A stretch of 62,816 bases of DNA, counting the filler, from Myxococcota bacterium (GTDB lineage Bacteria > Myxococcota > Myxococcia > Myxococcales > Myxococcaceae), in NCBI GenBank assembly GCA_049322255.1. It is 2 parts of 2 records of this genome, joined end to end, with 100 filler letters (N's around TTAATTAATTAA, not from the genome) between each part and the next. Parts side by side here need not be neighbours in the genome. Positions count along the whole stretch, not along the records: positions 1 to 31,500 come from JBMORE010000036.1; positions 31,601 to 62,816 come from JBMORE010000037.1. One strand, given 5' to 3'. The notes under the pieces were generated by a model that was given only the letters and a program-made list of their open reading frames with translations, ran no database searches and was not told the DNA's origin. Each line of letters opens with the position of its first letter. The first letter of the stretch is position 1. The position numbers were made by a program, and so were the translations under genes. Positions 28,073 to 37,259 of this stretch are shown piece by piece.

Positions 28073-29430
28073 TGCGCATCGCGCTTCTGGGGGGAACGCT
28101 GCTGGTGGCAACGGCAGCGGCGGGGGGGCCGAAGCTCAATGCCGACCAGTGCGTGGCGATTGCCCTGCGCGAGAGCGGGACGGTCGCCGAGGCGCAAGGG
28201 AAGGTCACCGAGTGGGCCGGCCGGCTCGCCGAGGTGCAAGCGACCTTCTACCCCAAGCTCATGGGGCTCACCTACGTGGCGCCCCTGTACCGGGTGACGG
28301 GCGACGCGAGCACCTTCGACGTGCAGCGCAACTTCTCGCAGTGGGGGCCGTACGCTCACCTGGAAGCGATTTTGGCCCAGCCCATCTACACCTTCGGGCG
28401 CGCGGCGGCGGGAGAGAAGGCAGCCAGCGAGCGCCTGGAGGTGGAAAAGGCACAGGCCCAAGTCACCCGAAACACCGTCGCCCTCGAGGTGCGCAAGTTC
28501 TACTACCTCCACCTGTTCGCCAAGAGCATGTTGCCCGCGCTCTCCAGCGCCCGGCGCATCTTGAACGAGGCGGAGACGACGGCGAAGGACCTCTACGAGA
28601 AGAGCACCGGGCAGGTGACCAACGTCGACCTGATGAAGCTGCGCTACGGCTCGACCGAGCTGGACAAGTTCGTCACCCAGGCGGAGATCGGCGCCAATCT
28701 GGCGCTGGGAGCCCTCAAGCACACCATGGGGTTGCCGCAGGAGGCGGAGCTCGAGCTCGCCGACGAAACGTTGCCCGAGCTGTCGGAAGAACCGCTGCCT
28801 CCGCTCGCCACCTACGTCCAACAGGCGTGGGAGATGCGCCCCGAGGTGGCACAGCTGCGGCACGGGGAGGCTGCGGCGCTCAGCTTCGAGGAGGCGGAGC
28901 GCCTCTCCAGCATGCCGGTGGCCTTCGTCGCCGGTCAGCTGAGCCTCAACTGGACGCCGATGTGGCCCGACTTGCCCAACCCCTTTCACTGGGACCGCTA
29001 CAACGACATCACCCCGGGCATCGCGGTGGGGATGCAGTTCGACGTGGACATCGCCAAGTCCTTGGCCAAGGCCAAGAGCGCGCACGGCACGGTGGAGCAG
29101 GTGGAGGGGCTCAAGAAGTTCGCCAAGACCGGCATCCCCATCGAGGTGCGCAAGGCGTACGACGACTACGTGCAGGCCAAACGGCTTGCCGAGCTGTCCG
29201 AGGAAGGTTCCACCGCCGGCCGCAAGTGGATGATTTTTGCCGGCAGCGCCTACGTCGCCGGCACCGGCGAGGCGAAGGACCTGCTCGAGGGCATGGTGGC
29301 TTACCTGGGGGCGAAGAAGGGCTACTACGAGGCGGTGCAGAACGCCCACGTGGCCAAGGCCACCTTGCTCTACGTCACCGGGCAGAGCGGGGCGGCGGCC
29401 GACGCTCCCGTGGTGCCCATCGCACGTTGA
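28072..29430 (+). CDS. TolC-family outer membrane protein
   Basis: QPIYTFGR, VALEVRKFYY and IEVRKAY outer-membrane-efflux repeats; signal peptide. Confidence 0.88.
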   Translation: MRIALLGGTLLVATAAAGGPKLNADQCVAIALRESGTVAEAQGKVTEWAGRLAEVQATFYPKLMGLTYVAPLYRVTGDASTFDVQRNFSQWGPYAHLEAILAQPIYTFGRAAAGEKAASERLEVEKAQAQVTRNTVALEVRKFYYLHLFAKSMLPALSSARRILNEAETTAKDLYEKSTGQVTNVDLMKLRYGSTELDKFVTQAEIGANLALGALKHTMGLPQEAELELADETLPELSEEPLPPLATYVQQAWEMRPEVAQLRHGEAAALSFEEAERLSSMPVAFVAGQLSLNWTPMWPDLPNPFHWDRYNDITPGIAVGMQFDVDIAKSLAKAKSAHGTVEQVEGLKKFAKTGIPIEVRKAYDDYVQAKRLAELSEEGSTAGRKWMIFAGSAYVAGTGEAKDLLEGMVAYLGAKKGYYEAVQNAHVAKATLLYVTGQSGAAADAPVVPIAR

Positions 29431-29446
29431 AGAAGCTGGCCGCGCG

Positions 29447-31489
29447 TCACCGGCCGGTTCGTTCGGTCAGCTCGATGACCAGGCTCCCGGCGTTGTCCGA
29501 GAGGTCGTCGTCGGGGAAGGTGAAGATCATCGTGGGCGTACCGGTGACTGTGTAGCGGCGCCCCGCCTCGAGCATCATCAGACCCAGGGCTGGTCGGCAG
29601 GCCACCTTGCTCAGTTGCGAGCCTTGGCCTGCGCCGCTGCGTGCGGCTACTTCCGCCTCCTTCACCGAGAGCTCGTAGGTGCTGCGCGGGTCGAGCCCGG
29701 TGAGGTGAAGGCGCTGGGCCGGTTCGAGCAAGAGCGTGTGCTCCTTGGAGTCGACCAGGAGCGTCGAGGCCTTGGCGCCGCGGCGCTCTTGAAGGCGCAC
29801 CTTGAGGCTGCCTGGGTGGGTGGCTGCGCCATCGCCGAGCACGAAGGCATAGAGCGCGCTCGCCTTCTTCACCCAGCGGGGCTTGGGCCCCAAGATGCCG
29901 AAGCGCTCGCCCGCGCCCAGCGCGCTGCCTTCGAGGAAGAACAGCACCTCGTTGGTGTCGAGGGCGTCTTGCCCGCTGGAAAGAGCGAGCTTGCCCTCGG
30001 TCCACACCCGGTACGTCTTGCGCGGGTCGAGCCGCATGCGCGCGGAATTGGAAGAGGGAACGGCAAAGGCGTGGGTGGTGGCGTCGACCTCGAAGCGGTG
30101 GATGGGGTAGGCGAGGGAGGAGGACGAAGGAGCGGGCAGCGGAGGTCCAACGGGCGCTGGCTTCGGTGGCGGCTCGTTCTGCCTCGCGGCGACGGGCGTG
30201 GGAAGCGCAGGCGCCTTTTCCGCAGGCCTGGTCCGAAGCTGGCCGACGCCCACCACCACAAAAGCGGCCAGGGAAAACGTGAACAGCGGCAACCCCCAGA
30301 AGAGCGCGCGGGGCAGCTTCCTGGCGCGCGCTCCCGTCCCCATGGCGGCCGGCGAGATGCGCGAGGGGGCGACTTCGGAGTCGGTCTGGGTGTCCTCGTC
30401 GGAGCTGGGCAGGCTCTGCTTCGACTTGCGCCGTGCGACCTGGGTGGCGCGCTCGGCCGAGGCGCTCTTTTGGGGGCTGGGCAGCGTCTTTTTCCACAAC
30501 GGCACCTGCTCCAAAAAATCGGGAGGCAGGCGCACCGGCAGACCCTCGGCGATCAGCTCCTCTTCGAAGAGATACTGCATCAATAATCCGAGCGAGCCGG
30601 CCGCGAACGTGGGGGCGTGCGTGTAGAGGTAGGTGGCCAGCGCCTCTTGGAAGGCTTCGGCATTGGGGTAACGGTCGGCCTTCGCCTCGGTCATCGCCGA
30701 GAGGAGGATGCGCTCCAGCGCCGGAGTGATGTCGGGGTTGAGCGCGCGCGGGCGGGGAAAATCGCAGCGCACGATTTTTCCCAACACCTCCATCATCCGG
30801 CCTTCGAAGGGCAGCCGGCCGCACAACATCTCGTAGAGCACGGTGCCGGTGGAGAAGACGTCGGTGCGGGCGTCGAGCTCTTTGCCCTTGGCCTGTTCGG
30901 GAGCGAAGTAGACGTACTTGCCCTTCACCGCGCCGGCCACGGTGTCGTCGCGGGTGGCGTGGCGCGCCTTGGCGATGCCGAAGTCGACGAGCTTGACCTG
31001 CCCCTCGTAGCTCAGGATGACGTTCTGGGGCGACACGTCGCGGTGAATGATGTGGAGCGGCTGCCCCTTCTCGTCGAGGCGGGTGTGGGCGTAGTGCAGG
31101 CCCTTGCAAACCTCGAGGGCGATCAGCACCGCGAAGGGGGTGGGCACCACCGGAACCCCTAAGGTCTTGAGACGCGTGAGCACCCCGGAGAGCGGGTGCC
31201 CGTGCACGTACTCCATGGCGAGAAAGTACTCGCCGTCGATCTCTCCGAAGTCGAAGACCTGGGCGATGTTCCCGTGGGAGAGCCCCACGGTGATTTTCGC
31301 CTCGTTGATGAACATGGAGACGAAGCTCTTGTTGCCCGCAAAATGGGGGAGGATTTTCTTGATCACCACCGGTTTGGTGATGCCGGCGGCGGCCTCCATG
31401 CGCGCGCGATAGATTTCCGCCATGCCGCCGGCGGCGATCCGGCTGAGCAGCTGATACTTCCCGAAGGGAATGGAGGCTGGTTCCGGCAA
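29447..31489 (-). CDS. transmembrane Ser/Thr protein kinase
   Basis: GGMAEIY, VVIKK, HRDVSPQN, DFGIAK and YFAPEQ motifs; TM helix; duplicated extracellular beta domain. The start lies next to the contig end. Confidence 0.95.
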   Translation of the reverse strand: MPEPASIPFGKYQLLSRIAAGGMAEIYRARMEAAAGITKPVVIKKILPHFAGNKSFVSMFINEAKITVGLSHGNIAQVFDFGEIDGEYFLAMEYVHGHPLSGVLTRLKTLGVPVVPTPFAVLIALEVCKGLHYAHTRLDEKGQPLHIIHRDVSPQNVILSYEGQVKLVDFGIAKARHATRDDTVAGAVKGKYVYFAPEQAKGKELDARTDVFSTGTVLYEMLCGRLPFEGRMMEVLGKIVRCDFPRPRALNPDITPALERILLSAMTEAKADRYPNAEAFQEALATYLYTHAPTFAAGSLGLLMQYLFEEELIAEGLPVRLPPDFLEQVPLWKKTLPSPQKSASAERATQVARRKSKQSLPSSDEDTQTDSEVAPSRISPAAMGTGARARKLPRALFWGLPLFTFSLAAFVVVGVGQLRTRPAEKAPALPTPVAARQNEPPPKPAPVGPPLPAPSSSSLAYPIHRFEVDATTHAFAVPSSNSARMRLDPRKTYRVWTEGKLALSSGQDALDTNEVLFFLEGSALGAGERFGILGPKPRWVKKASALYAFVLGDGAATHPGSLKVRLQERRGAKASTLLVDSKEHTLLLEPAQRLHLTGLDPRSTYELSVKEAEVAARSGAGQGSQLSKVACRPALGLMMLEAGRRYTVTGTPTMIFTFPDDDLSDNAGSLVIELTERTGR

Positions 31490-31500
31490 GGCTGCTCCCG

Positions 31501-31600
31501 NNNNNNNNNNNNNNNNNNNNNNNNNNNNNNNNNNNNNNNNNNNNTTAATTAATTAANNNNNNNNNNNNNNNNNNNNNNNNNNNNNNNNNNNNNNNNNNNN
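31501..31600. other. artificial contig-joining linker (N44-TTAATTAATTAA-N44)
   Basis: Stop codons in all six frames flanked by Ns; sequences on either side are not necessarily adjacent in the genome. Confidence 0.95.
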
Positions 31601-31972
31601 CCGAATCCGCCCCGGGGCGGATGACTCCTCGCGCCCATCGGCGCACGCGCCACCGCCATCTACTGCCATCAGCCAACAGCAACTGCTGTAACGGCGTTCG
31701 TCCGAGCCCAGCGGGCCGCACGTGCGGTCCCGAATTCGACACCCTCACGGACAGGGCGACCCAAGCCGCCTCGCAATCCGTTGAGCGGCGTGATGGCGCC
31801 GATCTGATGCTTGTCCTAGGCGTACCGGTTCATGTTCCCCGAAAACTGGCCTCGAGCCCCGCGACCTGCGGTCAGGGCTTCCGCGCGCCCGATTCGGTTT
31901 TGCTAGGTTCTCACCGTTCACCATTCACCGTCTCGGGAGGCGCGCTTCCCCTTCCCCCGCTGGATTGCGCCA

Positions 31973-33251
31973 ATGACAGGGGCTGTTGGGTTGGACTCTA
32001 TGTTGGCGATCATTGCTGGCACCGCGATTATGCATGGGCTCGCGACGGCACCTTCGTGCCCCGATAGACCTTCAGAGGCAATCAACCTTCCCGAGGGGCT
32101 GCGCGCCCACCCGGCCTACGAAGGTTGGCTACGGCAATTCGCGCCAGTGGGGTCCGCCAGGCTCGAAGGCCAGAGCTCAGCCATGGAGGACCTCGAGTTC
32201 CTACTCGCGCTTGATGGCGGTCTCCCAGCAACGCGGCTCCCGCTCGCATTGCCGGGGCAGCTGGAGGGAGAAGTGTCGATCGGGCCCGTGCGCACCCGAC
32301 GCTCCTGCATTCGGCTGCGATGGTTGCGTTTCGCCGACGGGTGGGAAGCCGAATTGGACGGCTTGCAGGTCAAGCTCGTGACCCGCATTTCGGCGCAGCA
32401 ATGAAGAAGTCTACTTCGATGAGAAGCAGTCCTCCCGAGTCCGTTTGACCAAGTGGACCATCGAGGCCTGTGAGCCGAATCGCGCATGTGAGCGTCCTTC
32501 TGCGTGGCTCGTGTCTCCTCTCCCCGAAGGAGGCAAGCGGGAGCTTCTCGAGAACGGAAGCGCTGGGAACGCCAGCCAGTACGCCGCTCTGGTTGTTGGA
32601 TTGGAGCCAGAGCTCGAACCTCAGCTCACGGATTTTATCGATCGCCAGATGCCCTATGCACTCCGTGAGGTTGGCGAGTGCCAAGGTCCTGGCGAGGACG
32701 ACGTGAAGGATCCATTTCCGACCTTGTTACGAGGGAAACCTTGGAGCTCCTCCCTGCAACGCGCACCCATCCGCGGCCTCGGCATCATCCGCCCACCTGT
32801 GTTGATGGCGAAGGTCAGCATCGAAGCGGTGGATGCATTCTCCCTCGGCAGATGGTCGCTACCCCTACCGGCTCCGTGGAAGGGTGATGTGACCGTTCGA
32901 GTTGAATCGCCCCCTCCCAGTCCTTGCGCCTACGCCGTCGTTGAAGAAAACGATGGCGAGCTCGATGTCCTTACCCTGCGCGGGCCCCTCTTCGTTGTGG
33001 AACAAACGATCCGAAGGAGTGGGCGGGTCGTGTGGCGCATGATGCAGCGAAGCCGCTCACTCTCTCTGACACCTTGGAGCATCAACGAGGCGTTTGTCCG
33101 CCAGCCGCCACCTCCGACCAGCCACTGGGACGAGCGCCCCTCGAGGTTTGCCTTCTACGACTATCTTTGGTTCTTGGCGCACTTCGATGAGCGAGGTGCA
33201 CAGCAACTCCGACCCAAGTTCCCGGGCCGATATGCCCCGAGAGGTCAGTGA
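31973..33251 (+). pseudogene. hypothetical protein(s) with atypical codon usage; possibly one frameshifted gene (31973..32404 plus 32382..33251)
   Basis: The second frame is open from 32382, overlapping the end of the first, and has no convincing start or ribosome-binding site; more AT-ending codons than the flanks. Confidence 0.4.
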
Positions 33252-33361
33252 ACCCGGGAACCGCTCTTCGATCGCCATCTCCGATCGCGGAAGGCCTTTC
33301 GCGTCATCCCGGGCTAACTCGTCGATCGGCCTCCTCTGCCTGAGCTAACCTGCGCGGCGCC

Positions 33362-34021
33362 TTGGAGCTGCGTGCAGATAAGCTGGTCGTCTTTCGCGAC
33401 GGCCGCCTCGCCCTCGATGGGGTGGACTGGGAGCTGCCAGCCGGATGCCGCGCGCTGGTCACCGGACCGGCGAGCAGCGGGAAAACGACGCTGCTCAAGG
33501 CGCTCGCCGCCCTCCTGCCCGCCACCCACGGCCGCGTGTTGTGGGACGGCGTCGACGTGGCGACCCTTTCCTACGAAGCACGACGAGCGGGGCAGGCCCG
33601 ACTGGGCATGGTGTTTCAGACCGACGCGCTCTTCGACTCGATGAGCGTGCTCGACAACGTGCGCCTTCCTCTCTTGCGCCGGCGGGTGTCCGAAGCGGAG
33701 GCGACCTTGCGCGCCGAAGAGGCGCTGCGCCAGGTGGGCCTTCTCGACGCGGCGCACGCACTGCCTGAGCGTCTCTCGGGGGGCATGAAGAAGCGCGCGG
33801 GAATCGCCCGCGCCATCGTCGCCCGTCCTGAGCTCCTTTTGGCCGACGACCCGCTCGCCGGCCTCGATCCCCACACCGCGCGCAGCGTGTGCGAGCTCTT
33901 ACTCGAGGTTTCGCAAGGCCGCGCCCTCCTCGTCGCCGCTCCCGAGCCCATCGCCCATCTTCCGCTCGCGCCCGTGCTCGCTTTGCGTCGCGCAGAGCCA
34001 CCTCGTCGGGCCGCCTCATGA
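33362..34021 (+). CDS. MlaF-like ABC ATPase with degenerate Walker B and H-switch
   Basis: GPASSGKT, MVFQ and LSGGMKKR intact; Walker B reads LLADDP and there is no switch His (LLVAAPE). Confidence 0.9.
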   Translation: MELRADKLVVFRDGRLALDGVDWELPAGCRALVTGPASSGKTTLLKALAALLPATHGRVLWDGVDVATLSYEARRAGQARLGMVFQTDALFDSMSVLDNVRLPLLRRRVSEAEATLRAEEALRQVGLLDAAHALPERLSGGMKKRAGIARAIVARPELLLADDPLAGLDPHTARSVCELLLEVSQGRALLVAAPEPIAHLPLAPVLALRRAEPPRRAAS

Positions 34022-34782
34022 TCGCTTTTGGGGGCCGAGCCTTTCTCACCTGGGTGCGCTCCACCGGAACGCTCGCCCTGGTGCTCTTTCGCATCGTGCA
34101 AAAGTTGCCGCACATGGAACGACAGGAGCTCGCCCGCGCCCTGGTGCTCTTCGGCTACCGTTCGCTACCCCTGTGCCTGGTGGTAGCCACCCTCACCGGG
34201 GCCACGGTGGTGCTGCAAACCGCGCTCTACGTGCAGCGCTTCGGAGCGCGCACCCACCTGGGCTGGGCCGCCGGCTACGCGGTGCTGTGGGAGTTCGGCC
34301 CGCTGCTCTTGGGCTTGTTGATGGCCGCCCGCGTGGGCGCTCGCAACGCGGCCGAGCTGGCGCTCCTCAAGGTGGGGGGACAGCTCGAGGGCCTGGAGGG
34401 AATTTCGCTCGACCCTTTCGCGCTCCTGGTGGCGCCGAGGGCGGCCGCCATCGCCGTCTCCCTCGCTTGCTTGGCGGGGCTCTCCTTCGCCATCGCCATC
34501 GTGTGGGAAGCGGGAGCCGCCCTGCTGACGCTGGGAATTCCGGTGCGCGTATTCGTGGGCAGCTTTTCCACCATGCTCGGTACCTCGGACTTTCTGGGCG
34601 GCCTGGCCAAGGCGTTCGTCTTCGGGGTGGCGATCGCGCTGGTGTCCACCGTAGTGGGGCTGTCGGCGCACGGCGGAGCCCGAGGGGTGGGCCGAGCAGC
34701 GGCGGCCTCTGTGGTGTATAGCTGCGCCGCCATCTTCTCCCTCGACTTCGTGCTCACCTCGTTGCTCGCGAGCGTTCTCTAA
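34018..34782 (+). CDS. MlaE-family permease 1
   Basis: WEFGPLLLGLLMAARVGARNAAELALLKVGGQLEGL...LVAPR. Confidence 0.92.
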   Translation: MIAFGGRAFLTWVRSTGTLALVLFRIVQKLPHMERQELARALVLFGYRSLPLCLVVATLTGATVVLQTALYVQRFGARTHLGWAAGYAVLWEFGPLLLGLLMAARVGARNAAELALLKVGGQLEGLEGISLDPFALLVAPRAAAIAVSLACLAGLSFAIAIVWEAGAALLTLGIPVRVFVGSFSTMLGTSDFLGGLAKAFVFGVAIALVSTVVGLSAHGGARGVGRAAAASVVYSCAAIFSLDFVLTSLLASVL

Positions 34783-34784
34783 AG

Positions 34785-35528
34785 ATGACCGCGCTTCGCC
34801 CCATCGGTGCCTCGGCGCTGCTTTTGGGACGCTCGCTCCGGACGGCCGCGCGACGCGGCGTCGCCTGGCGAGAAGTTTTGGTGCAGCTCCACGAGACGGG
34901 CAACCGCTCGGCGTGGCTGGTGGGCGGGGGGCTTTCCTTCTTCGGAGTGGTGATGGTGCTCATCGCCCACGAACAGGCGCGCCGCTTCACCAGCGACATC
35001 ACCGTGGTGGGCCCGGCCTACTTCGAGCTCTTGGTACGCGAATTCGGACCGATGATCTCTGCCCTGCTCGCCGCTGCCCGTGCAGGGGCAGGTTCCTCCG
35101 CCGAGCTGTCGGCGATGACGGTCAACGAGCAAATCGACGCCCTGGAGATGTCCGCCGGCGACCCGCTCTCAGACCTGGTGGTTCCCCGGCTCTTGGCCTC
35201 GCTGTTCATCGTCCCCGCCTTGTGCGTCATCGGCACCTTGGCGGCGAGCGCCTCCGCGGTGGCCACCGGCAACTGGGTGTTGGGCATCGACGGCTACGCC
35301 TTCATCGACGCCCGCTTCGTCGACAAAGGAGACATTCTGTGCGGCGTGGCCAAGGCGATGCTCTGCGGCCTCTACATTCCGCTGGCGGTGGCGTGGCGCG
35401 GGCTGTCGGCCAAAGGAGGTGCCCCCGGAGTCGGCGCAGCGGTCACCCGCGGGGTGGTGGACGCGGCGCTGGGCTGCCTGGTGATCGACTTTTTGGTCGC
35501 GCTCGCCTTCCTCCTGGTTCGCGCATGA
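34785..35528 (+). CDS. MlaE-family permease 2
   Basis: REFGPMISALLAAARAGAGSSAELSAMTVNEQIDALE...LVVPR; GVGAAVTRGVV. Confidence 0.92.
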   Translation: MTALRPIGASALLLGRSLRTAARRGVAWREVLVQLHETGNRSAWLVGGGLSFFGVVMVLIAHEQARRFTSDITVVGPAYFELLVREFGPMISALLAAARAGAGSSAELSAMTVNEQIDALEMSAGDPLSDLVVPRLLASLFIVPALCVIGTLAASASAVATGNWVLGIDGYAFIDARFVDKGDILCGVAKAMLCGLYIPLAVAWRGLSAKGGAPGVGAAVTRGVVDAALGCLVIDFLVALAFLLVRA

Positions 35529-36211
35529 GTCACGGCCAGCTCGTCTTTCGCGACGTTCACAAACGCTTCGCCGACGTCGAAGTGCTCCGGGGCCTGTCCG
35601 CGCAAGTTCCCTTGTCGGGCCTCACCTTCTTGGTGGGGAAAAGCGGCAGCGGCAAGAGCGTGCTCTGCCGGCTGGCGGTGGGCCTGCTCCACGCCGACGG
35701 CGGCGAAATCGACTTCGACGGCGAGCCGGTGCACGCGCTCACTCCCCGAAAGCGACGGGCATTGAGGGCGAAGGCCCCCTACCTGGTGCAGGGTCCGGCG
35801 CTGCTCGACTGGCGCACGGTGGAAGACAACGTCGCCCTCGCAGCCCAAACCGCGCCCAACGCCCACTTTCGCGCGCAAGAGGCGCTGGCGCGGCTGGGGC
35901 TCTCCGAGCTGGGCAAACGCTTTCCGCCGTCCATCGGCCCGGGCCAGGCCAAGCGCGTGGCGCTGGCACGAGCGCTGGTGCTCTCGCCCCGCTACCTTTT
36001 GCTCGACGAGCCCACCACCGGTCTCGATGCGCAGGCGGCGGCCCAGGTGAACGAGGCGATTTTGGAGATTGCGCGCTCGGGGCTTGGAGCCCTGGTGGTC
36101 TCGCATGATTATCGCGCCCTCGCGGCGATGGCCGACCGGGTCTTGGTGGTGGCCGAGGGCAAGGCGGCTTTCTTGGGGGCGCGCGAGGAGTTCCTCTCCT
36201 CGTGGGCCTAA
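35525..36211 (+). CDS. MlaF-like ABC ATPase with degenerate signature motif
   Basis: GKSGSGKS, LLLDEPTTGLD and VSHD intact; signature reads IGPGQ. Confidence 0.9.
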   Translation: MSHGQLVFRDVHKRFADVEVLRGLSAQVPLSGLTFLVGKSGSGKSVLCRLAVGLLHADGGEIDFDGEPVHALTPRKRRALRAKAPYLVQGPALLDWRTVEDNVALAAQTAPNAHFRAQEALARLGLSELGKRFPPSIGPGQAKRVALARALVLSPRYLLLDEPTTGLDAQAAAQVNEAILEIARSGLGALVVSHDYRALAAMADRVLVVAEGKAAFLGAREEFLSSWA

Positions 36212-36245
36212 AGGCTCAAGGCCACGGAGCTTGAACGGAGTCGCA

Positions 36246-37259
36246 ATGGACGAGAGGCGGCTGGAGACGAAAGTCGGGGCGCTGCTGCTCATCGCAATCG
36301 CGGGGGGGCTGGGCCTGTTGTGGCTGATGGGTGAGCTCACCTTTGGCAAGGCGCCTTCGCTCGCGGTGGAGTTTGGCCACACCGGCAACGTGGTGAAGGG
36401 AGCGCCGGTCAAGCTGGGCGGGGTGCCGGTGGGCCGCGTGGAGCGCATCGTGCTCACCCCCGACCGCCGTGACGACGCCGGCGAGCCCCTGCCGGTGCGG
36501 ATGGACCTCTCGGTGGATCGCGCTGTGCTGGCCGCCCTGCGCAAGGACGCCGCGGTCACGGTGGCCACCCAGGGGCCCTTGGGAGAGAGCTACCTCGAGC
36601 TGTGGACCGGCTCGGCGCATGAGCCGCCTTTTTCCAACGACGTCCCCATTCGCGGCCTCGACGCCCCCCGCCTCGACCTGGTCGCCAACCGCCTTTCCAA
36701 CTTCCTCGAATCGGCCAGCCGGGTGCTGGAGGAAGACCCTCGCGCGCTCTCCACCCTGGTCAGCGGCGTCTCCAGCCTGACCCGCACCTTCGACGACGTG
36801 CTCTTAGAGAGTCGCGACGACCTGCAGAACTTGACCAGCGAGCTGTCGGCGGCGGCGAAGGACCTGCGGGTCTTGTCCGCGGTGGCGCGCAAGAGCCTCG
36901 AGCCCGGCGGCGCGGGGGCCCGGCTGCTCGACGACGCCTCCGACACGGTGGGCGCGATGAAGGCCGACTTGCCCGTGCTCTCCAAGCAGGCCCGAGCCGC
37001 GCTGGGCGGGCTGGCCGCGCTCTCCAGCGGTTTCACCCAGGCCGACGGCGAGCGGCTGAAAGTCGCGGTCGAGCGTTACGCCAAAGCGGGCGAGCGGCTG
37101 GAGCGAATCGCCGAGCGCAGCGACCGGCTCTTGGCCAAGCTCGAGGCCGGCGAGGGCACCGCGGGCGCCACCTTGAAAGACCCTCAGCTGTACAACGACC
37201 TGCGCGAGCTGGTGAGCGACTTGCGCAAGCACCCCTGGAAGATGCTGTGGAAGGACTAG
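36246..37259 (+). CDS. MlaD/MCE domain protein with a long helical extension
   Basis: ETKVG followed by a TM helix; GAPVKLGGVPVGRV and GPLGESYLEL motifs; C-terminal helical region ending LRKHPW. Confidence 0.92.
   Translation: MDERRLETKVGALLLIAIAGGLGLLWLMGELTFGKAPSLAVEFGHTGNVVKGAPVKLGGVPVGRVERIVLTPDRRDDAGEPLPVRMDLSVDRAVLAALRKDAAVTVATQGPLGESYLELWTGSAHEPPFSNDVPIRGLDAPRLDLVANRLSNFLESASRVLEEDPRALSTLVSGVSSLTRTFDDVLLESRDDLQNLTSELSAAAKDLRVLSAVARKSLEPGGAGARLLDDASDTVGAMKADLPVLSKQARAALGGLAALSSGFTQADGERLKVAVERYAKAGERLERIAERSDRLLAKLEAGEGTAGATLKDPQLYNDLRELVSDLRKHPWKMLWKD

Noticed and set aside
31545..31556. TTAATTAATTAA as a biological AT-rich site
   Set aside because: It is a six-frame-stop linker between Ns, so no functional linkage across it was inferred.
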